A stretch of 64,000 nt of DNA from an uncultured delta proteobacterium (GTDB taxonomy: Bacteria; Desulfobacterota; Desulfobacteria; Desulfobacterales; B30-G6). A program made the position numbers and the translations under genes. Under the pieces are notes generated by a model. The model worked only from the letters and a program-made list of their open reading frames with translations, was not told the DNA's origin and did not search any database. The stretch is from positions 512,001 through 576,000 of the forward strand of contig CAWGLD010000001.1 of NCBI GenBank assembly GCA_963823335.1, read 5' to 3'. This document shows positions 56,492 through 64,000 of this stretch, piece after piece; the first letter of the stretch is position 1; every line of letters starts with the position of its first letter.

Positions 56492-57898
56492 ATGAAGAAC
56501 ATGAGAGATTTTATCACAGAAGGTGAGAAAAAGGGCCTGTGTAAACGAATTTCAGCTGAAGTCGATTGGAATCTGGAGTTGTCGCATATCGCCAAACTCA
56601 ATGAAGAGCAAAAGGGTCCGGCGCTGCTGTTTGAAAATGTGAAGGACTATGACACACCGGTGATTACCAGTGTCTGTACCACCCCTGAAAGACTGGCATT
56701 TATCCTTGGTCAACCATTGGATTCCACGCTTGTAGATCTCTACGCGCACTGGGCCAAGCTGGGGGACAACCTGTTGGAGCCCAAGTATGTGGAAAAAGCG
56801 GATGCGCCATGCAAAGAGAATATCATCACCGGGGACGACATTGACCTTTTCAAATTCCCCGTGCCGCAGTGGTATCCTCTGGACGGGGGCCGTTATATCG
56901 GGACCGCTCATTTCTTCATCAGCAAGGATCCCGAAACCGGCTGGGTAAACCTGGGAACCTACAGGGCTCAGCTATTGGGAAAAGACAAGATTGGCACCCA
57001 GTTTATCAAGGGCAAACATGCCGACATCATGCTGAAGAAATATCAAGCCATGGGGAAACCCATGCCGGTGGCTTCAGTAATCGGGTGTGATCCTCTGCTT
57101 TTTATCCTCGGTGCAGCACGCGTTTCAGCTTTTACTTCAGAATACGATGTGGCAGGCGCCCTGCGCGGTGAGCCTGTAGAAGTCGTTAAAGGAGAAATCG
57201 TCGATCTGCCCATTCCGGCACATGCCGAGATCGTGCTCGAAGGAGAAGTGGATGCCGACAAATTTATGGAAGAAGGACCGTTCGGTGAATATACCGGGTA
57301 TTATTCCGGCGTTGGTACGGATCCACGCAATTTCATGGATGTCCAATGTGTCACCCATCGTAACAATCCGATTCTCTGGGGAACCACCGTCGGCCGGGCC
57401 GTTACAGACACGCACATGACCATGGCACTGTCATATGGGGCCACCCTTTGGCAACAATTGTTGGCCATGAAGATTCCAGGCTTGAAAGCGGTTTACTGCC
57501 CGCCGGAAGGCTCCGGACGGTTTTTGGCCATCATCTCCATGAAGCAGATGTATCCCGGGCATGCAGACCAGGTGCTCACGGCTGCCATTTCAACGGAAAT
57601 GGGTGCCTATGGTCTGAAAACCGTCATCGTCGTGGATGAGGATATCGACCCCTGGGATATTCCCCGGGTCCTGTATGCCTTGAGTTTCAGATTCCAGCCC
57701 AACCGCAGTCAGGTCATCAAGAGAGGGCGGTCCACACCACTGGATCCGTCTCTGCCCATCAATGCGCGGGAAATTACCGGTAGACTTTTGTTGGATGCCA
57801 CCATACCCTATGACTGGAAACACAAACCGATTCCCATTGAACTGGACGCGGAAATGGTGAAAAGAGTCAAGTCGCGATGGTCTGAGTTGGGGTTATAA
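56492..57898 (+). CDS. UbiD-family (de)carboxylase, phenylphosphate carboxylase beta subunit-like
   Basis: EVDWNLELSHI.KL.E..KGPALLFE, DGGRYIGT, NLGTYR, EGPFGEYTGYY, KRGRSTPLDP (PpcB-like by recall). Confidence 0.88.
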   Translation: MKNMRDFITEGEKKGLCKRISAEVDWNLELSHIAKLNEEQKGPALLFENVKDYDTPVITSVCTTPERLAFILGQPLDSTLVDLYAHWAKLGDNLLEPKYVEKADAPCKENIITGDDIDLFKFPVPQWYPLDGGRYIGTAHFFISKDPETGWVNLGTYRAQLLGKDKIGTQFIKGKHADIMLKKYQAMGKPMPVASVIGCDPLLFILGAARVSAFTSEYDVAGALRGEPVEVVKGEIVDLPIPAHAEIVLEGEVDADKFMEEGPFGEYTGYYSGVGTDPRNFMDVQCVTHRNNPILWGTTVGRAVTDTHMTMALSYGATLWQQLLAMKIPGLKAVYCPPEGSGRFLAIISMKQMYPGHADQVLTAAISTEMGAYGLKTVIVVDEDIDPWDIPRVLYALSFRFQPNRSQVIKRGRSTPLDPSLPINAREITGRLLLDATIPYDWKHKPIPIELDAEMVKRVKSRWSELGL

Positions 57899-57932
57899 AA
57901 ATAAAAACGCTCAATTTAGGAGGAGTTAGGTA

Positions 57933-58448
57933 ATGTCCGATACCGACATGATAGAAGACAAAAAGGTTCTGGTGGTTGATGATGAACAGGACATTCTGGA
58001 GGTTTTGGAAGAACTGCTGGATATGTGCCATGTGACAACAGCGTCGACCTTTGATCAGGCTAAAACCCTGTTGGAAACCCAGGCCTTTGACATCGCGATT
58101 CTCGATATCATGGGGGTTGACGGATATCGCCTGTTGGAAATTGCCAACAAGAAAAAGATACCCGCAATTATGCTTACAGCGCATGCATTCTCTGCCGGCA
58201 ACCTGGTAAAGACCATCAAAGAGGGTGCCTATGCCTATGTTCCCAAAGAAGAAATCGGCCGGATCGCCGAGTTTCTTTCAGATGCCTTGAACGCCAAAAA
58301 ACAAGGCAAAAATCCCTGGCGCGTCTGGGAGGAAAGACTGCCGTCATCCTATTTTGAAAAAAGATGGGGGGCGGCCTGGAAGAATTCGGACCGGGACTTC
58401 TGGAACAAATTCAGGGAAAGCATCAAAACGCGGGATGGGAAAAAATAA
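57933..58448 (+). CDS. Stand-alone response regulator receiver protein with Trp-rich tail
   Basis: VLVVDDE, ILDIMG, MLTAH, YVPK. Confidence 0.88.
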   Translation: MSDTDMIEDKKVLVVDDEQDILEVLEELLDMCHVTTASTFDQAKTLLETQAFDIAILDIMGVDGYRLLEIANKKKIPAIMLTAHAFSAGNLVKTIKEGAYAYVPKEEIGRIAEFLSDALNAKKQGKNPWRVWEERLPSSYFEKRWGAAWKNSDRDFWNKFRESIKTRDGKK

Positions 58449-58527
58449 CGCAGTTATCCCCAACCAGGATAAACCGGTTGGAGTGAAGCGAAAACCCTGG
58501 CTTGCCGGGGAAAAGATAAGACCTTTT

Positions 58528-58607
58528 ATCACGAAAGCACGAAAGTACGAAAACACGAAAATTTTCATGGTCTTTTTCGTGTTTTTCAGATTTCGTGTTT
58601 TCGTGAT
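58528..58607. repeat. Inverted arrays of the 8-mer CACGAAA(A/G)
   Basis: CACGAAAG CACGAAAG TACGAAAA CACGAAAA ... TTTTCGTG TTTTTCAG ATTTCGTG TTTTCGTG. Confidence 0.8.
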
Positions 58608-58705
58608 TGCTTATATTTTTTTGCCACATAATTTACAAATTTTACAGTGCTCTGTGTCATTTGGACTTTATAGATAAGCATGAAAAAGAAAGAAGGAGGT
58701 TTGAA

Positions 58706-60361
58706 TTGAAACCGATTCGTTACCAGAAAGATATGATCGATGAATTTGTGACCGATGGTTACTGGACCGAAGAGCTTTTCTATGACTTCTGGGATAGAAA
58801 TGCCCGGGAAATCGGTAACCGGGAAGCGCTGGTAGACTCGAAATATCGCCTGACATGGTCTGAAGCCAAAAAACTGGTGGACGCCATGGCCATTTCCTGG
58901 GTGGAAATGGGAATTCCCAAACATTCCCGGGTCATCATTCAATCGCCCAACAGTGTCTACGGGTTTCTCGCCCGAATCGCCTGTGAGAGGGCCGGACTCA
59001 TTTCTCTTACGGTCTATCCATACCTTCGTCAGAGGGAATTGGAGTACATGCTGGAGAAAACAGAGGCCAAGGCAGTCGTTATTCTGAACATCTACAACAA
59101 ATTCAATTATCTAAAAATGTACACGGAGCTCCAGAAACAGTTTCCCCATCTAAAATATTTTTTTCTTTTCGACGATGACGTTCCGGACGATGCGCCTGCG
59201 GGTACCTATTCGCTGCCCCGGATGACCCAGCTCCGGGCAGAAAAACCAGTGGACGCATCCGTGCTGGCAGAACGCAGGTTGGACCCGTTCTGGAACATCT
59301 CCCTGCTCACGACCACATCCGGCACCACCGGTATCCCCAAGCTGGTGGAGTGGCCCACCGCGCCCCGCGTCTGCACATCCAAAGGCAGATGCGCCATCTG
59401 GAACCTCAACCGTGACGACACCACCATGGCCATCGCCCCTCATGCCGGCGGAGCGGCTGGAACACTGACGTATTTCGCCGCCCCCATTGCCGGTGCCAAA
59501 ACCGTGATGTTGGAGGAGTTTTCCGGCGAAGGCGCGCTGGCGCTCATCGAAAAAGAGAAAGCTACGGCCATCGGTGTGGTTCCCACCCACCTTATACGGA
59601 TGCTGGAGGCCGACGTCTCCAAATACGATCTGAGTTCTCTGCGGTTTATCCGCTCGGCCGGCGGGTATTTATCACCCCAGGTGGCCGAAGAAGCTGAAAA
59701 CGCATTTAAGGCAAGCATTACCAGCGACCTTGGGACCCAGGACAAGGGATCGGTGTCCGGGTGCAGCGTAGAGGATTCAAAGGATCTTCGCCGCAGAACC
59801 GTCGGCCGCATGCTTCCGGGCAACAAGGTGAGATTGCTGGACAAGGACACCGGCAAAGAAGTGCCCGAGGGCGAACCCGGAGTTCTCTGGCTCAGGGGCC
59901 CCCACGCCCCGGCAGGATACTTCCGGGACGAGGAATTGACCGCCACGGTGTTCGACAAGGACGGATGGACCACCACGGAGGATATCGTCAAATTCGATCA
60001 GGGCTGTCTGTGGATTCTGGGCCGGGCCAAGGACATGATCATCCGGGGAGGACAGAACATCTATCCTGCAGAGATCGAGGGCCTGCTCAATGATCATCCC
60101 GGGGTATCGTCTGTAGCGGTTGTGGGGTATCCGGACCGGGAGATGGGTGAACGGTGCTGTGCCTACGTCATCCCCAAGCCTGGTGTGGATTTTTCCTTTG
60201 ACGAAATGGTTTCTTTTCTCAAGGGGAAAAATATTGCCATGTTCAAACTTCCGGAACGGCTCGAAATTGTGTCTGAGTTTCCCCTGGTGGGAGATTCGGG
60301 CAAGGTCAACAAGGAAACCTTGAAGGAACAGATCAAGGCATTGGTTGAGAAGGGGAGCTAA
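58706..60361 (+). CDS. Aryl/cyclic carboxylate-CoA ligase (AMP-binding)
   Basis: TTSGTTGIPK, GRAKDMIIRGGQNIYPAEIE, MGERCCAYV, FKLPERL; TTG start after AGGAGG. Confidence 0.85.
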   Translation: MKPIRYQKDMIDEFVTDGYWTEELFYDFWDRNAREIGNREALVDSKYRLTWSEAKKLVDAMAISWVEMGIPKHSRVIIQSPNSVYGFLARIACERAGLISLTVYPYLRQRELEYMLEKTEAKAVVILNIYNKFNYLKMYTELQKQFPHLKYFFLFDDDVPDDAPAGTYSLPRMTQLRAEKPVDASVLAERRLDPFWNISLLTTTSGTTGIPKLVEWPTAPRVCTSKGRCAIWNLNRDDTTMAIAPHAGGAAGTLTYFAAPIAGAKTVMLEEFSGEGALALIEKEKATAIGVVPTHLIRMLEADVSKYDLSSLRFIRSAGGYLSPQVAEEAENAFKASITSDLGTQDKGSVSGCSVEDSKDLRRRTVGRMLPGNKVRLLDKDTGKEVPEGEPGVLWLRGPHAPAGYFRDEELTATVFDKDGWTTTEDIVKFDQGCLWILGRAKDMIIRGGQNIYPAEIEGLLNDHPGVSSVAVVGYPDREMGERCCAYVIPKPGVDFSFDEMVSFLKGKNIAMFKLPERLEIVSEFPLVGDSGKVNKETLKEQIKALVEKGS

Positions 60362-60460
60362 AACAGGGTCCAGGGGTGATACAAGGGTGGTAAGAGGGTT
60401 CGAGGGTGGCTGACGGCAGTGAGCGAAAGGCACCTAAAAGCCTACAGTCTAAAGCCCTAA
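60362..60460 (+). repeat. G-rich 8-mers, 33-nt core and 7-mers
   Basis: Core at 60403-60435 followed by AAAAGCCTACAGTCTAAAGCCCTAA. Confidence 0.88.
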
Positions 60461-60523
60461 TTTTCTGAACTAGGTTCATCGGCTTTTCGCTAGTGTCCGT
60501 CCAAAAATAGAGATTTTCGCGTT

Positions 60524-61735
60524 ATGCCAAAGCAGATCCTGATCATATCCACCCTGGACACCAAAGGGGTGGAAACACGTTACTTGAAGCAGAAAATCGA
60601 GGCGCTGGGTCTTTCCGCCATCCTCATGGATCTGTCCATGCGCGCTGACGTTAAACTGCCGGCTGAAATAACCAATGCCCAGGTGGCTGAAGCAGGCGGC
60701 AGCAGCATCGAAGAAATCGGGCAATCCCGTGAACGAAGCAAGATCACGAAAATCATGACGTCCGGGGCTTCCAAGCTGGCAAGGCAGTATTATGGCGAGG
60801 GCAGAATCGACGGTGTAATTGCAATGGGCGGATCCACCGGCACCCTGATGGCATCCGATGTGATGCGGTCCCTCCCTTTTGGTGTTCCCAAGACAGTTAT
60901 ATCTTCTACGGCAGCACTTCCCGGTCTTTCCACCAGGTATATCGGAACAGGGGATATTACGCTGTTTCATTCGGTAATCGAAATTTCCGGTCTTTCCAAT
61001 TTGTTAAAAAACGTGATGGACAGGGCAGCACACGCCATCACCGCCATGGTTCATGAGACAGTCACACCCCTGGTTACGGGCGAGGGAAAAGCCATCGCCC
61101 TGACCATGCTGGGTCCCTGTGAAAAATGTGCCAGCTTTGTCCGTATTGCCCTTGAAAAAGAAGGCTATCAGGTCATCGGCTTCTCCGCAGCCGGTGTGGG
61201 TGATCGGGCCATGGAACAGATGATCGCCGAAGGGTTTTTTCAGGGTGTCATCGACCTGGCGCCGGGTGGGGTCGGGGAGCATCTTTTCGGTTTTATGAGA
61301 GATGCAGGCCCGAATCGACTGGAAAATGCAGGCAGGATGGGAATTCCAATGATTGTTTCCACCTGCAGCGTCAATCACATGACACCCTCAAAGTCCAGAT
61401 ACCAAGCCGAATACCACCAGCGCCGCAAATATGACCTGGATAAATTTCGCACCTGGATACGATTGTCGCCGGAAGAGCTGCAGAGCGTTGCGCAAGCCTT
61501 TGCCGCGAAATTGAACAAAGCCGGCGGCCCGGTAAAATTCCTGATACCGCAGAATGGTTGGTCTTCGGTGGACCAGCCCGGCAATCCGACCCACGATCCA
61601 CAGGAGGACCGCATCTTCGTTGAGGTGCTGCAACAAAACCTGCGCCCGGACATCGACATCCTGGAAATACAGGCCAATATGGAAGACCCGGTCTTTGCCC
61701 AGGCTGTTGTTGAAACGGCATTGCATCTATTTTAA
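60524..61735 (+). CDS. Tm-1-like ATP-binding domain protein (UPF0261), paralog 3
   Basis: STLDTKGVE, GGSTGT, LPFGVPKTVISST, FSAAGVGDRAMEQM, NMEDPVFA. Confidence 0.85.
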   Translation: MPKQILIISTLDTKGVETRYLKQKIEALGLSAILMDLSMRADVKLPAEITNAQVAEAGGSSIEEIGQSRERSKITKIMTSGASKLARQYYGEGRIDGVIAMGGSTGTLMASDVMRSLPFGVPKTVISSTAALPGLSTRYIGTGDITLFHSVIEISGLSNLLKNVMDRAAHAITAMVHETVTPLVTGEGKAIALTMLGPCEKCASFVRIALEKEGYQVIGFSAAGVGDRAMEQMIAEGFFQGVIDLAPGGVGEHLFGFMRDAGPNRLENAGRMGIPMIVSTCSVNHMTPSKSRYQAEYHQRRKYDLDKFRTWIRLSPEELQSVAQAFAAKLNKAGGPVKFLIPQNGWSSVDQPGNPTHDPQEDRIFVEVLQQNLRPDIDILEIQANMEDPVFAQAVVETALHLF

Positions 61736-61908
61736 TTGACCATATGCCTCTTGAAAAAGTAGCTCCTCTGGGATAAAGAATCGATTCTTTATTCTGCTGG
61801 GAAGCGAGGATGCTTGGAGACTGGGATGCTGCTGTCCGTTTTTATCTCTCAGCCACCCTCGAATCCTTGGCCTCTGGAACCCTTTTTCCTAAAAAAAGCG
61901 AGGTACCC

Positions 61909-62514
61909 ATGTCCAAACGAATTGTCATAGGAATATCCGGTGCAAGCGGTGTGACGTACGGTGTGCGCCTGCTCAGCCTGCTGAAAGACAGTGATTATGA
62001 AACGCACCTGATCTTGTCCGAATCCGGCAAACTCAATATCAAGATCGAGACAGCCTACACACCCGAGGAAGTCCAGGCCATGGCCAGTCATGTGTATGAC
62101 CACAAAGACATGGCCGCCGCTCTGTCATCCGGTTCTTTCCTGACCCAGGGCATGGTGGTGGTCCCGTGTACCATAAAGACCTTGTCCGGGATTGCCAACT
62201 CATATAACGAGAACCTTCTTGTGCGGGCCGCCGATGTCACATTAAAGGAAAAACGCAAACTGGTTCTGGTGGTGAGAGAAACGCCCCTGCACCTCGGTCA
62301 CCTGCGCCTCATGACACTGGCGGCGGAAATGGGAGCCCTTATTGTACCGCCGGTGCCCTCCTTTTATCATCAACCCGAAACCCTCCAGGACATCATCGAT
62401 CAAACCATCGGCAAGGTATTCGATTACCTCGGTATCGAACACGCGCTTTTTAATCGCTGGGGTGAGAACAAAAGAATGCCCAGGACACCCGATGCCTCAT
62501 TAAAAGCACTTTAA
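61909..62514 (+). CDS. ubiX: Flavin prenyltransferase
   Basis: GISGASG, SSGS, PCTIKTLSGIA, RAADVTLKEKRKL...RETP, PSFY; start at MSKRIV (the longer ORF begins inside a repeat). Confidence 0.93.
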   Translation: MSKRIVIGISGASGVTYGVRLLSLLKDSDYETHLILSESGKLNIKIETAYTPEEVQAMASHVYDHKDMAAALSSGSFLTQGMVVVPCTIKTLSGIANSYNENLLVRAADVTLKEKRKLVLVVRETPLHLGHLRLMTLAAEMGALIVPPVPSFYHQPETLQDIIDQTIGKVFDYLGIEHALFNRWGENKRMPRTPDASLKAL

Positions 62515-62557
62515 AGGTGAGAATCTCTTTCCTCGGGGTGAGCTTTGATTCTCTGTT

Positions 62558-63259
62558 TTAGGCGCCCTCATCTCCCCCGGGAAACCCGGGGCTTCCGGCA
62601 ATACCTGTTCGTTTGCGGGAGCGCGGGCCCGCGGCGCCTTCAGATCGCCAGTCCTGTGGTTTCCGCACCTCATGGATCAAGTGAAGTTTATTCTGTCGCT
62701 GAAGCCTTTCATAGATCTGCCCCCATGCACAGGGAACCTCCGGGTTGATTTCACAGCTGACGCCGTTGCTTCCCCCGCAAGGGCCGTTCAACAGGCTCTT
62801 TGCACATCGGGCGATCGGACAAATACCGCCGGTATAGGTCAGCAGGCAGTCGCCACATCCCCGGCACATTTCCTGCCATAGGCCCGGTTCAAAAGAGGCA
62901 CCAAGAAAGGTTGTGTTCAATGCCGGAATCACAGGCAGGGGATCAAAAGCATCGGCCAGGGTCTGTACACCGGCCCCGCAGGCCAGAGAGATAACGGCAT
63001 CGGTCCCTTGGGGAAGCTCGTGATAGGATTGGACGAGATCCAGCTCGCATTGCCTTAATATAACATCGACGGTTATGGGTGACGGCTCGGCCCCGTGGTA
63101 CACTTTGCGGTTGAGCTCTTGGGCGAGCATCTGCACCTCGCGGTCTCCGCCGGAAAGACACACGGAAACACAGCTTCCACAACCGACGATGGAAATTTTT
63201 TCATAACCGGAAATAGATCGAATGATCTCCTCGATGGGTTTGATATCACCGACAATCAT
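62558..63259 (-). CDS. MetV-like Fe-S/Zn protein (MTHFR C-terminal domain-containing)
   Basis: GCGSCVSVCLSGG, RQCE, ACGAGVQ, CRGCGDC...CPIARCAKSLLNGPCGGS...CE...CAW. Confidence 0.88.
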   Translation of the reverse strand: MIVGDIKPIEEIIRSISGYEKISIVGCGSCVSVCLSGGDREVQMLAQELNRKVYHGAEPSPITVDVILRQCELDLVQSYHELPQGTDAVISLACGAGVQTLADAFDPLPVIPALNTTFLGASFEPGLWQEMCRGCGDCLLTYTGGICPIARCAKSLLNGPCGGSNGVSCEINPEVPCAWGQIYERLQRQNKLHLIHEVRKPQDWRSEGAAGPRSRKRTGIAGSPGFPGGDEGA

Positions 63260-63268
63260 GACATAGCC

Positions 63269-63649
63269 TCATTTTTTTTCCATAAAGTGGGCCTTGACTT
63301 TGAGCGTCAGGGCCGGCTTGTGGCGTTCGCAAACAGGCGCTTCAAGTTTGCCCAGCTTTTCAGCAAGTGTTTCTCCAAAAGCGGCGGTATAAATCGGCTC
63401 GCCACACACACGGCAGTGCTCCAGATCGAGGGAGATGACCTCATCCCAGCGGTTTTGGAGCATATATTGAAATTCGACGGCATCCTGAGGGCACACACGC
63501 CAGCAATTCCCGCAGCGGGCGCATTTTGCCATATTGTGGCGAAGTTTTCTCTTTTTAGCATCATCCTGAACATCGATGGCATTGGCAGGACAATTCTGTA
63601 AACAGGCCAGACACCCGTTACATTTGCTGTTGACCTGGAAAAAGTTCAT
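63269..63649 (-). CDS. 2x[4Fe-4S] ferredoxin-like protein with extra C-terminal Cys motif
   Basis: CNGCLACLQNCP, CARCGNCWRVCP, CRVCG...CERH. Confidence 0.88.
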   Translation of the reverse strand: MNFFQVNSKCNGCLACLQNCPANAIDVQDDAKKRKLRHNMAKCARCGNCWRVCPQDAVEFQYMLQNRWDEVISLDLEHCRVCGEPIYTAAFGETLAEKLGKLEAPVCERHKPALTLKVKAHFMEKK

Positions 63650-63650
63650 C

Positions 63651-64000
63651 TCAGTACTTCCTCCTTAAACAGGCGGATTTGCGGATATTGGCCGTTTGAA
63701 GCATGTCGGCATCGTCCCATCGCAATGCACCGGGTTCGCAAAAATGAACACACTGCGGGTTTCCATTACACACATCGCACTTGAAAATCACCTGTCGGAT
63801 TTCGTCGAAACCGATGGCCGCATAGGGACAGGCAGCCATACACGCTCGACAGGATACACATCGGTCATAATCCACCATGACCCTTCCCCAATCGTCATTC
63901 CAGACCATGGCCTCTTTGGGGCAGACAGCCATGCAAGGCGCATCCGCACACTGCTGACAACAATTCGGTAAAAAGACATCACCCGTGTGCCATGCAATTA
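63651..64000 (-). CDS. DmsB/HybA-type 4Fe-4S dicluster protein (5' part outside window)
   Basis: Frame open to the window end: ...PNCCQQCADAPCMAVCP...CVSCRACMAACP...KCDVCNGNPQCVHFC. Confidence 0.88.
   Translation of the reverse strand, partial: IAWHTGDVFLPNCCQQCADAPCMAVCPKEAMVWNDDWGRVMVDYDRCVSCRACMAACPYAAIGFDEIRQVIFKCDVCNGNPQCVHFCEPGALRWDDADMLQTANIRKSACLRRKY

Noticed and set aside
58607-58705. N-terminal extensions in the ORF track (also ubiX 61810, tolC 18527, lysR 52956, ECH 26615)
   Set aside because: Downstream starts fit family N-termini and mostly have better RBSs; the extensions overlap repeats, promoter regions or neighbouring genes.

Overview
A 64-kb chromosomal window from an anaerobic bacterium. 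Gene content and the ptsH-ptsI-smpB-yajD order suggest Desulfobacterota (inference). The left two-thirds holds fatty-acid/CoA metabolism genes, a PAS sigma54 activator, a MetF-MetV fusion, an RND pump whose activator gene is decayed, a non-pyrrolysine MttB, amino-acid ABC systems, lpdA and a Liv-type ABC transporter with an embedded acyl-CoA synthetase. Three things stand out. (1) At about 45.8-62.5 kb lies a phenylphosphate-synthase/carboxylase-like cluster: ppsA/ppsB-like, a single ppcB-like UbiD, ubiX, an aryl-CoA ligase and LysR. It lacks ppsC/ppcA/ppcC/ppcD in the window but carries three Tm-1-like (UPF0261) paralogs, DUF89, HAD and Nudix phosphohydrolases and two unknown membrane proteins. 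(2) A 75-aa glutaredoxin-like protein missed by the ORF track (42143-42370, minus strand) has two in-frame UGA codons, each followed by a SECIS-like hairpin. (3) Many intergenic spaces carry strand-polarised repeats: 18-nt-period mini-hairpin arrays, G-rich 8-mer tracts after stop codons, a conserved 33-nt core, stop-codon-anchored twin hairpins and several MITE/REP-like elements. No rRNA, tRNA, tmRNA, CRISPR array or transposase gene was recognised. All calls are by eye from motifs; no searches were run.
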